Shown: piece after piece, positions 1-10,200 of the stretch
How the letters are laid out: every line of letters starts with the position of its first letter
How positions within the stretch are numbered: the stretch's first letter is position 1
DNA from: Octopus sinensis
Taxonomy: Eukaryota
Assembly: GCF_006345805.1 (NCBI RefSeq)
Contig: NW_021832499.1
Location: 1 to 30,658 of the forward strand
Length of the DNA: 30,658 nt
Direction of reading: 5' to 3'
Notes under the pieces: generated by a model
Seen by the model: the letters and a program-made list of their open reading frames with translations, nothing else
What the model was told of the DNA's origin: nothing
Database searches by the model: none
Program-made: the position numbers and the translations under genes

Positions 1-941
1 CTTCGAATGTCCCATCCGTGTTTTTTTTTGTATCGTCTTCTAAATGTTTTTGCGTTCTTGTCTAGTCTGTTTTTTTTCCATATACATACATATATAGCGG
101 CGCCCGTACCCTTTTGTTCTGATATGTAAGTATATATTTCTTTAATTTGGTACGACTCTATAACACTGTCTCTCTCTCCCTCCCCCTTGCCTACTTTCTC
201 TGCCTTTCACACTTTGCACTCACTTTGATCTGTCTCTTTCTTTCTCTCTCTCTCTCTCTCCTCTCTCTCTTCCTTTTCTCTTTTCTTGCCTCTGATCTTT
301 GGTCTCCTCCTCTTCCCCACTCTCTCACATTCTCTGTCTTTCTCACTTGCACCTCACTGATTCTGTCGCCTAGCCAATCCTTTGCAGCTCTCTTTCTTCT
401 CCCCTCTTTTTCCTTCTTCTCTCTCTTCTCTTCCCCCATCTTGGTGCCTTTGTCCCTCTTTTTCTCTCTCTCTCTCTTTGATTCCTTTGCCCCCCTTTTT
501 TTCTCTCTCTTCTCCTCTCACGTGACTGCTGGTCAACCAGCCTTTCGGCTTCCGACCACCGTTTTCTTCGCCCGCCGAAAAAAGCATTTTTTGCCAAATA
601 CGCCAGCTAAACTAAGTTGTACTGTCTATAGTCGTAAGATACCCGTTGTTTTTGTCCTGTTATTACTATTATTTTTTTTGTATTTATATTCGTGTGGCAT
701 CGTCCGTTTTTCTGTCCCTGTTTCGTATACATTCGATCCTTTTTCCAAGAAATCTAATGCTCGTAGCTTAGTTTTTCTTTGGGGCTGGCAGAATCGAAGC
801 GATCTCAAGATTAATCAGCCGAAATTGCGAGGATGATCCGGTTCTTGACTGAAGATTGAAGGCTTCGAATGTCCCGTCCGAGTTTTGTATCGTCTTCTAA
901 TGTTTTGCGTTCTTGTCCCAGTTTGTATTTTTTACATATAC

Positions 942-950
<9 letters not shown>
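1..950 (+). repeat. Direct repeat, 1-92 and 863-950 (offset 862 bp)
   Basis: CTTCGAATGTCCC.TCCG.GTTTT..GTATCGTCTTCTAA.GTTTT.GCGTTCTTGTC occurs at both positions. Left copy is cut by the window edge. Confidence 0.75.
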
Positions 951-996
<46 letters not shown>

Positions 997-1016
997 TATA
1001 TATATATATATATATA

Positions 1017-1056
<40 letters not shown>

Positions 1057-1252
1057 CACATCACTATTTCCATATCTGTTCACCTGGATTCCTTTTATAA
1101 TCATTTTTACCCCGTGGACTTAGTCCTCTGTAAGTATTTCTGAGTGTAAATTAAAATCACTTGAGCGCTACTGTCTTCCATATCGAACATCTCTAGATCT
1201 CATCTCTTAACTATGTGTGTGTATGTGCGTGTGTGCGTGCTTGTGTGTGTAC

Positions 1253-1285
<33 letters not shown>

Positions 1286-1573
1286 AGAGAAAGAGACAGG
1301 CAGAGAGGAGGGAGAGAAGAGAGAGTGAAATGAGCGTTAGTCGATGATCAGAAGTGAAAATGACTGAACAGTTTCCATGTTTTTTCATGGCTTTGAGATT
1401 GTCGGCTAAATAAGCTAAGACAGCCTCACATAGTTAAACACACATACCACGCATTTCAACCTATGTCAGCTATGGCGATATCTCATCACCTCTGTCTACA
1501 GCATCTCAACTGCCTATCTCTCTTCCTTCTCTCTTTGTCTCCCTTTAATCTTCATCCTCCTCTGTGTATGCCA

Positions 1574-1622
<49 letters not shown>

Positions 1623-1828
1623 CATACATACATACACACATATATATCTCCATGTATATATATATGCATGTATATGTATATTTGTGTATATATATATATA
1701 TATGTGTGTGTGTGGTGTGTATTAAATATATATATATATGTATACATACATATTTGTATATATATATATTTATATACATACATACACATATATATCTCCA
1801 TGTATATATACACACATACACACAATGC

Positions 1829-1860
<32 letters not shown>

Positions 1861-1940
1861 TATGCATGTGTGTATGTGGTGTATATATATATGCATGTGT
1901 GTATGTGTGTATATAAATATATAGTGTATACATACATATT

Positions 1941-1997
<57 letters not shown>
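950..1997. repeat. Compound (TA)n, (GA)n, (CA)n and TATG microsatellites
   Basis: Directly visible at about 950-1055, 1250-1325 and 1577-1997. Confidence 0.95.
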
Positions 1998-1998
<1 letters not shown>

Positions 1999-2156
1999 GG
2001 TTGAAAAGGACACAGGAGTTAATATTCATGCGAGATATATAAAGCTGTGGACATGTTCTACGTCAGTAGTCGTCATCAGCACATATATCATAAAGATTAA
2101 AGTGCCTTCTCGAAGCAAGACTCATAAGGCCGGTTTACCGGATTCTGTGGCGTATA

Positions 2157-2191
<35 letters not shown>

Positions 2192-2405
2192 ATATAATAT
2201 TATGTGAAATAGAAAGATGAATAATCTTGTTGCAGATTAATCAAAAGTTTAATCGATACTTGGTAGCAAAAATCACACAGAAGACAGCACGGTTGGAGGT
2301 ACAACCATATGGTGTTGCAACCGTGCGTTGGTGCGGATAATTGAATTTTAATATTATTTGAATTTAAGAAGTGGAGTTGAACGATGATTGAACAAAATCG
2401 TTTTA

Positions 2406-2494
2406 TATTTCATTCTACACGTGTTTCGAAAGGCACAATTTACCAAATTCCGATTGAAAAATGAGACATATTGTCCTTCTCTTCAGAAGAAATA
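2406..2494 (-). ncRNA. Type I hammerhead ribozyme in the PLE 3' pseudo-LTR
   Basis: Minus strand reads TATTTCTT-CTGAAGA-GAAGGACAAT...ATTGTGCCTTTC-GAAAC-ACGT-GTA-GAATGAAATA. Core intact, palindromic stem III (ACACGTGT), GUA cleavage triplet. One C missing in stem I relative to the 6507 copy. Confidence 0.75.
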
Positions 2495-3099
2495 GGAATC
2501 CGTTGGAAAAAACAAAAACAGAACAAGGCGAGCAACAAATCGAACTAGGCTCCTAAGAGCCCATGGCAAACTGTTTATCATGTGTATGTTGAAAACGGGT
2601 GGTGGGTGCGTTGAAGATTTTAACGGGTCCAGGCAGCGGTCATTTCGGTGGGTGAGGGCACGGGGTGTGTAGATGTTCTTTGTGACCGAGAGTAAAGTTC
2701 TGACTATTTAAAGAATATTGGATGTATTATATGGGGTGAGCAAAATCTACTTAGAGACATGTGTGTGTTTACTGTTTTATATATGTATGCGGGCGCCAGT
2801 TGGTGAGAAGCGCTACATTCTGGTCACTGCTGAGAAATCCGTCAAGGGGTAGAAAACATTTTATGTGTACGTGTGTGCGTTTGATCGCGCGGCTGTCAGT
2901 TGGTAAACAGCTCTACACAATGGTCACTGCTGTAGAATCCGTCGGGTGGCAGAAAAATATTTTATGTGTGCGTGTGTTCGTCTAATCATGCCTTGTCAAA
3001 GAAACCCCCCGTCGTCAAAAACAAAGCCCCATTCATCTCACAGGAGTAATTCCCCTTGCAATGGTTAATCATATTTCTCTTAAAGGCTTTTTCAGAATT

Positions 3100-5848
3100 T
3101 ATTACCAAGGGACTATTTTCATATAATGTGTAACCGGGTGCACGGTATTATTTATAAGCGTTATTTATAAGCAAGATAATATAACGCCGCCAGGGGGCAT
3201 CGAAAAGCCGACTGTAAAAGTCCGTTTACCATCCGTCTCTGGCGAACAATATATGGAAGAGTTCGAGACACAAAGGTTGCCACTTCCTTCTGCCCCTATC
3301 AAATGGGAGGGCCACCGACAAAATTGACCATTCCAGCCTGTAGCTTGAGTTCGAATCCTTCAATCGCCATATTAGCTTGCTAAGTCCCGTGGTCTGGCGT
3401 TTATTCATGTCTCGAAAAGTTGCGTAATGGTTGGAGATTCGCAAAGCCAATCTTGACGATGAGGCCCCGACATAGGCGTAGACATCTGAGTCCGTGCAAA
3501 CCTTGCATTGGTAGACGGCATTTCTGATCTTGGAGTTCGCCGACGTGAATCTTATTCTGCTAGGATTAGTTTCTGAAATTAGAACTGCGTTACTGTCACT
3601 ATATTTGTTGCGAGAACTGCACCGCTTACTACTTTATTTTCCACTACTCACTATTAACTAACGGAATACCCCTGATTCTCCACTATCTATCAGAGTGCGT
3701 CTTGCTAGTGCCCGTGGTGCTGCTATTGCCGGAAACGATGCTGGGTTGCTATTGGGACTCTCTACCCTAACGACCGAGCTGCGCTCACCTCACTACTGCC
3801 ATTGTTACCGTCAATTACAACACCCCTATTTATAACTATACCCCTAGTATATAATCCCTGGTTTGGAGCTGAGATTGTGAGTCACTGTACTGGCTCTCAT
3901 ATCATTATTATACTACTATATTATTATTCCTACTGAGCATTAAACCGGGAGCGGAAGAAGCTGTGCCCGGAAAAAGGTGATAGGGCTTAGTAAGCAGCCT
4001 ATTATTATGGGAGGCGATTATCTGGGCGAGGTTTTTAGTGTTGGAGAAAGCTATCCTAACTTTATGCGAGTTAACCGTGGAGTAATATTTGGAATTTCTG
4101 GGGAAGTTATTGGCGATGGCTTGTCGAAACATGAGGGGGAGGTTAGTTCTAATCTGCTTTACCAAGGGAATTACAAACCATATATCTTATTCCTATCTAT
4201 GTGATGGGTCGGGACGCCGCTCTCGCATTCGGGTGGGTGATTCTCGGATGAATAACGGGTTTTGGGTTAGTGGTGAGATCCCCGGACCGATAATTATCCT
4301 TGTTCGCTAAATTAAATGCGGGAGCGACTGCCCAGCACCCGCCGCGCTCCCGTCACTACTTAATTGTTTATGTTATTAATAGAACGCCCTATCCTGATGA
4401 CGAATGATGGCATCGAAGGCCGGATCAATATAAAATACTTCTGCCTATAACCGGCCTTGGACAGTGCGGCGTTATAAAATTCCGCTTTCTGCATAAAAAT
4501 ATCGGCACTAGCGGACAAGCCAGACAATCTTAGAGAGATGTTTTTAACCAACCAAATGTCTGTTACGGTTTTGGCATGATTTGAGAAGACACTGACATAC
4601 TTCAAATTAGTGGAAGGCTTATGGTAAGGGCAGTATGAGTCGCTATTAAGGTTAAGTGTAACGTCTAGGAAATTAGCCTTGGTGAGTTCATTATCAAAAA
4701 CTATATTCATGCCCATTCTATTTAAAAAACCTAGCTAACCTGCTCTTAGTTTTCTGCACTATTCTGTTCGTGGTGTTTTGCAGGTAAAACAGGACAATCG
4801 TCACGATACAGGCCGCCCGCGATCTCCGGGAATTGGTCGGACAATTCGTAGAGAATATATATTCCGACCAAATCGGCTATCTGCGCACTATCCGAACTAC
4901 CCATAGGCACATCAAATTCATTGGGAGTATCTTTACGGATCCACAACTTATTATCAAACTTAATAAACGATTTCCTGGCAACTAAAATGATATCTATCTC
5001 TTCTCTGGTGAGGCCAGCCTTGTTGTGAGCATGCCAAAGGGCCTTATTTAGTACACTAGGGTTAATCGAGGGGTAGAAACTGAATGAACCTAGTACGGTT
5101 CTTATTGGGGATGGAAGAGAACCACTTCACTACCTGCGAGGAGTTGGCCCAGAGGCTGAGCTTCAGCTTGTTTACTAACTAGGGATATATTTATCTAAAT
5201 GTACTTACTGATTATCCCGATATCAGAGCTAGCAGGGCATATGATTCTAGCGCTGGGTTGGTGTGGAAGTTCGTTTTATGGTCCTTCACTATAAATCTAG
5301 GTTGCTTAGGGCTAAGCGGCTGCGTTCTCATTTGAATTCCGTGTTTAAACATTATTTTCCTTAATTCCAAGTTTACCTTCCTCAGGGTACTCCAATTGGT
5401 TTTCTATAATTTTTTTCTGATCTCTTTACCGAGTAAACTAGGTACTGCTTAATGGGTAGCTTGTATTGTTCCTGGTTCTTGTCGGACTGGACCAGGACTC
5501 CGTCCTTCTATTAATGTCCTTGGTAATTTTATCTAGGTATCTGAGGTGGGCATTTCTCCTGGGTGACTTCCTGAACTTAATCTTTCTAACTATGTCTCAC
5601 CAGTCGTCCTCAAACTTCTTCAGTCTTGGGTTAGGTGGCGGCGTATCCAATGTTTTAAAAAGCCGGCCGTATTCGGGACGATGCTGTTGTCCGGTTCGAT
5701 TTTATATCTTTCGTTCTCGTGGAAGAAAACGAGCCATCTTATCCGGTTTATGAATGCGTTGGTTTTACAAACCAACTCCTTAAGGAAGGCGTCCTTCGGT
5801 GGTAATAGGAATATCCTTAAGGGACGCATCAATCTCGAACAACTCCAT
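3100..5848 (-). pseudogene. Frameshifted PLE polyprotein (reverse transcriptase plus GIY-YIG endonuclease)
   Basis: Stitching frames gives ATG at 5848 then MELFEIDASLKDIPIPPKDAFLKELVCKTNAFINRIRWLVFF, FDVPMGSSDSAQIADLVGIYIL, catalytic YRDD (4797-4808), FLDVTLNL..YCPYHKP..YVSVFSNH, thumb IWF..IRTNLP..NFP..IASHNNRLL, and endonuclease AVY (3511-3519)-x11-YVG (3466-3474)..RISNH..LSKLIWRLKD..W.IL..A.PF..LCLE. Multiple frameshifts and stops. Confidence 0.9.
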
Positions 5849-6506
5849 TATTGGTATCGGTTAAAGTAGCAGTTTTCTGACCAAGGCGGTATGTATTATG
5901 TGAAATAGAAAGATGAATAATCTTGTTGCAGATTAATCAAAAGTTTAATCGATACCTTGGTAGCAAAAATCACAGCAGAAGACAGCACGGGGAGTTTCTT
6001 TGACAAGGCATGATTAGACGAACACACGCACACATAAAATATTTTTCTGCCGCCCGACGGATTCTACAGCAGTGACCATTGTGTAGAGCTGTTTACCAAC
6101 TGACAGCCGCGCGATCAAACGCACACACGTACACATAAAATGTTTTCTACCCCTTGACAGATTTCTCAGCAGTGACCAGAATGTAGCGCTTCTCACCAAC
6201 TGGCGCCCGCACACATATATAGAACAGTAAACACACACATGTCTCTAAGTAGATTTTGCTCACCCCATATAATACATCTAATATTCTTTAAATAGTCAGA
6301 ACTTTACTCTCGGTCACAAAGAACATCTACACACCCCGTGCCCCACCCACGAAATGACCGCTGCCTGACCCGTTAAAATCTTCAACGCACCCACCCACCG
6401 TTTTTTCACATACACTGATAAACAGTTTGGCCATGGGCTCTTAGGAGCCTAGTTCGATTTGTTTTGCTCCGCCTCTGTTCTGTTTTTGTTTTTTCAACGG
6501 ATTTCC

Positions 6507-6600
6507 TATTTCTTCCTGAAGAGAAAAGACACATGTGGTCTCATTATTCAATCGGAATTTGGTAAATTGTGGCCTTTCGAAACACGTGTAGAATGAAATA
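6507..6600 (+). ncRNA. Type I hammerhead ribozyme in the inverted pseudo-LTR arm
   Basis: TATTTCTTC (6507-6515) pairs with GAA-T-GAAATA (6591-6600). CTGAAGA at 6516-6522. Stem II GAAA(A)G/CTTTC closes a long insert. GAAAC at 6579-6583, loop ACGT, GTA at 6588-6590. Confidence 0.82.
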
Positions 6601-6659
6601 AAACGATTTCTGTTCAATCATCGTTCAACTCATTTCTTAAATTCACTATATATATATAG

Positions 6660-6705
<46 letters not shown>

Positions 6706-6717
6706 TTCTTTTCTTTT

Positions 6718-6796
6718 CTTTCTTTTACTTGTTTCAGTCATTTTGACTGCGGCCATGCTGGAGCACCGCCTTTTTAGTCGAGCAACTCGACCCCGG

Positions 6797-6800
<4 letters not shown>
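6718..6800 (-). mobile_element. SINE family B 3' fragment
   Basis: TACTTGTTTCAGTCATTTTGACTGCGGCCATGCTGGAGCACCGCCT shared with full copies. Confidence 0.8.
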
Positions 6801-6834
<34 letters not shown>

Positions 6835-6904
6835 GATGTATGTGTGTGTGTGTGTGTGTGTGTGTGGTATGTGTGTGTGTGTGTGTGTGTGTGGTGTGTA
6901 TAGA

Positions 6905-7185
6905 GCGTGGGCTGTGAGTCCACTCCGAAAAGCTCTATCTACGACGATTTCATCTCAATCGAAGGAGAGGGGCTTTCTCCGTCCGGGTTGCGGATCAGTG
7001 GAATAAGCTGCCGGACAAGAAGTGAAGATGCGAGACCGACCGCTCGGTTCAAAGTCTCTCTTGACCAGAAATGCATTGCTGAACTCTTTGTATGAACACC
7101 CTCCCTGTACATAACTCCCTGTCCCCCTACATGGCCTTGCTTTTGCTTTTTGAACCAATAAAAACTGAATTGAATTGAATTGAAT
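6905..7185 (+). mobile_element. CR1/L2-group LINE 3' fragment
   Basis: Translates to RRFHLNRRRGAFSVRVADQWNKLPD..FKVSLDQK (FS.RV..WN.LP..FK..LD motif), then AATAAA and a (TGAAT)n tail. Confidence 0.75.
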
Positions 7186-7246
7186 ATATCCATACAGATG
7201 GAATACCAGTCCATTACGGGGTTATACATTTTTACCGAGAGGAGTA

Positions 7247-7546
7247 CAGAATTTGAGCTCAGAACGCAAAGACAGATGAAATACCACTAAGCATTTCGCC
7301 CGGTGTGCTAACATTTCTTATTTCTTTACTGTCCACAAGGGGCTACACACAGAGGGGACAAACAAGGACAGACAAAGGGATTAAGTCGATTATATCGACC
7401 CCAATGCGTAATTGGTACTTATTTAATCCACCCCAAAAGGATGAAAGGCAAAGTCGACCACGGCGGAATTTGAACTCAGAACGGAGCGGCTGACGAAATA
7501 CCGCTAAGCATCTCGTCCGGCGTGCTAACGATTCTGCCAGCTCGCC
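7247..7546 (-). mobile_element. SINE family A, one full copy (7314-7546) plus adjacent partial head (7247-7313)
   Basis: Same head, B-box and core as the 24614 copy. Confidence 0.85.
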
Positions 7547-8048
7547 ACATACACATACTCATACACAAATGTATACCACAGAAATACATAACTCTACCTT
7601 ATACATATTCTCATGTAAATGTATGTATGTGTGTGTGTTGCTTGTGTGTCTTTATGTGCGTATTATGTATATGTATATGTTTCTGTATATGTACGTATCG
7701 CCCGCACACATGCATAAACACATACTACTACACTCCTGCACGCTCACATGCCTACCCCCAATCGGAAGTCCCTGGGTTATCTTCAGTTTCACTGGGTGTG
7801 CAACAGATGGCGTTACTGTAATAAAGGCGTTGACGGTGTGTAACACAGGCTTAGTGGGGTGGGTGGGAGATTATAGGGTGGAGGAGAAGGGATAGGTACC
7901 GTTTCCTGTTTTTAAAGATTGGCGGGGTGGGTGGAGTGGGGTTGTTAAGGCCGAACAATAACAGAACTACGGCAACAATAACAACAACAATTTCGATAAT
8001 GGCCGACATTGGAAGACAGGTGATGTAAAACAACAACAACAGCAAGTG

Positions 8049-8430
8049 GAGGCGCAATGGCCCAGTGGTTAGGGCAGCGGACTCGCGGTCGGAGGATCGT
8101 GGTTTCGATTCCCAGACCGGGCGTTGTGCGCGTTTATTGAGCGAAAACACCTAAAGCTCCACGAGGCTCCGGCAGGGGGGGGGACCTCTGTTGTACTCTT
8201 TCGCTCCAACTTTCTCTCACTCTCTCTTCCTGTTTCTTGTCCCCGCCTTCCTACGCAACCGCTGAGCCTGGATGCGCATTCATCCATCCATCGAAGCTCT
8301 CGCTGTCGGGGATTGACCTGCTTTCTCTTCTGCGGGTCTTACGAATAGCAAAGGACCACGTTTCGGACTTCTCCCAGTGGGACGAAGACTGCTTCGCTGA
8401 ACAAACAAACAAACAAACAAACAAACAAAC
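8049..8430 (+). mobile_element. tRNA-derived SINE family C with (CAAA)n tail
   Basis: Head GGCGCAATGGCCCAGTGGTTAGGGCAGCGGACTCGCGGTCGGAGGATCGTGGTTTCGATTCCC with A and B boxes. Related copy at 25401. Confidence 0.8.
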
Positions 8431-8569
8431 AGCAACCTCAATAATAATAACAAGGATGACTTTTATTTTATTTGCTGCTAGGGTGACGGATGAAAAGGAC
8501 GATATATAGACAGGCATAAAGTGAAGGGGTTAACTCAGAATCGATCTAAAAAATTCCTGAAGTATCCTA

Positions 8570-8741
8570 GGCGCATGCGTGGCTGCGTGGTAAGAAGTTT
8601 GCTTCCCAACTACATGGTTCTGGGTTCAGTCCCACTGCGTGGCACCTTGGGTAGGTGCCTTCTTCCATAGCCTCGGGCCGACAAGAGCTTTGTGTGTAGA
8701 TTTGGAAGACGGAAACTGAAAGAAGCCTATAGTATACATGG

Positions 8742-8786
<45 letters not shown>

Positions 8787-8940
8787 ATGGATGCCTGATG
8801 ATATCTCTGAAGAAGATGAAGACACGTAAGAATTAGGGCATTGAATCAGCCTTTACCATTGAGCATATTATTACGATTCGACTAAACCCTTGCAGGCGGT
8901 GCCCTAGGTTGGCTGCCAATACAAAGACTGAAACAAATGA
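8570..8940 (+). mobile_element. SINE family B copy with internal (TA)n and an unrelated insert
   Basis: Head GGCTGCGTGGTAAGAAG..GGGTTCAGTCCCACTGCGTGGCACCTTGGG and degenerate tail CGACTAAA..GGCGGTGC..GACTGAAACAA. Confidence 0.75.
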
Positions 8941-9000
8941 TATATTATATACAAACAGATATATAATATATATAGACATTTTTATACATAAATACATACA

Positions 9001-9335
9001 GGGTAAAGACCCCCTTCGGTCATGAATGACCATGGGATTGCACCTAGAAAGTTACCCTCCTAGACACAAGTCCGGGCAAGGTTGTTTATGGAAGACCAGC
9101 AGTCGCCCATGCATACCAGCCTCCCCTCTCCACGCCACTGATGTTATCCAAGGGAAAGACAAAGGTCGATACAGCTTGGCAGCAGTGATGTCACAACTCA
9201 TTTCTACAGCTGAGTGAACTGGAGCAACATGAAGTAAAGTGCCTTGCTCAAGAACACAACACGCAGCCGGTCCGGGATTCGAGCTCACAACCTCACGATC
9301 GTAAGCTCGACGCTCTAACCACTGAGCCATGCGCC
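9001..9335 (-). mobile_element. tRNA-derived CORE-type SINE family E
   Basis: Minus head GGCGCATGGCTCAGTGGTTAGAGCG..GAGCTCGAATCCC, CORE-like GTGTTCTTGAGCAAGGCACTTTAC, (TGTA)-rich tail. Confidence 0.8.
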
Positions 9336-9356
9336 TTCACTGAAATACATACAAAC

Positions 9357-9422
<66 letters not shown>

Positions 9423-9426
9423 ATAT

Positions 9427-9471
<45 letters not shown>

Positions 9472-9680
9472 TACGGTTAAGTAATTGAGATTCTAGTGAA
9501 TTCTAAAGAATTCACATGATATGGTCCTTAACTAGGATGCACCGGAAATCTATATGGTGTTAACCATACGACAAGTGGGGTGATTACAAATAGGAAAAAA
9601 GCAACAAGAATCCATTCTTGTTGCTTTTTCCTATATATATATATATACATATATATAGTAGAAAAGAAAAGAATATTCTT

Positions 9681-10200
9681 CTAGCGATTGCTCATCCAAA
9701 CCCAGTGGCTTGCCTTTTCCACTGTTGATTGATATTTCTCATGGTGATATTTGCTTTATGACAGGCCTAATGATAACAATAGTCGCCTCACACTGTCTCC
9801 AACGAATCGTCTGCATCCGACTTCAATTGGGAAATGCTCCGCTTTCCAGCCTGCGTCTTCACATCCTTTGAAGAGGTTTTCATAACGGTCAATCTTTCAA
9901 ACCCGGGCAGCGCCCATGTTGTCTTCATGAGCAACCGTTAACTCGACTAGATTAAGCACTTTCTTTCACACCATATTATAATATCCAGTCTCTTCGTAAC
10001 TGGAATGGGAAAGAATCCTTGGTGCCTTGGTAAATCTGTAGCCACCGCCCAATAGCCGTTCCACCTTTCATCGCTCACAAGAAGTTTCTTCTTCAAATGG
10101 ATCTGCCGTCCTGAGCGCACGAAAGGAATGAAAATCTGTCTGGCTCTTTCACTGTTTTTTTTGCCACTGTTGATGAGAGCAATTTTCCACTCTTGCATAC
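9681..10200 (-). mobile_element. HERO-like (R2 superfamily) LINE 3' fragment, REL endonuclease
   Basis: Stitched translation RLDIIIWCE-KVLNLVELTVAHEDN..K..RYENL..C..AGW....PIEVGCR.FVG.S..LL..LG..EKASHWVWMS, matching the PD-(D/E)xK REL C-terminus I recall for HERO elements. Confidence 0.72.

Larger units (their letters stand above)
2197..6645 (-). mobile_element. Penelope-like retroelement (PLE), RT plus C-terminal GIY-YIG endonuclease, with direct and inverted pseudo-LTR segments, inserted in (TA)n
   Basis: Minus-strand RT/EN remnants at 3100-5848. A 95-bp direct repeat (2197-2292 and 5894-5990) and about 650-bp inverted arms (2359-3010 and 5987-6645). HHR in each arm. (TA)n on both flanks. 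Confidence 0.92.

Noticed and set aside
147-836. 229-aa ORF (S/L/F-rich) and overlapping R/E/K-rich antisense ORFs
   Set aside because: Translation of a (CT)n-rich tract, TTG start, no domain motifs.
843-884. CTGAAGA..GAAT GTCCC GTC as a hammerhead
   Set aside because: GAAT rather than GAAA in both repeat copies, stem II loop impossible, stem I mismatched.
2761-2985. Twin 74-aa ORFs (2761-2985 plus, 6014-6238 minus)
   Set aside because: GTG-started frames in the inverted pseudo-LTR arms. Their similarity reflects the repeat, not coding selection.
8049-8120. tRNA genes at SINE heads (also 9265-9335 and 25401-25470)
   Set aside because: A and B boxes present but acceptor stems do not close and they continue into SINE bodies.
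8790-8840. CTGATGA..GAAGACACGTA as a hammerhead
   Set aside because: GAAGAC instead of GAAAC and no adjacent stem I without assuming a deletion.
9505-9562. Possible very decayed HHR (GGT..ACC GGAAAT)
   Set aside because: No CTGANGA and too many assumed mutations.
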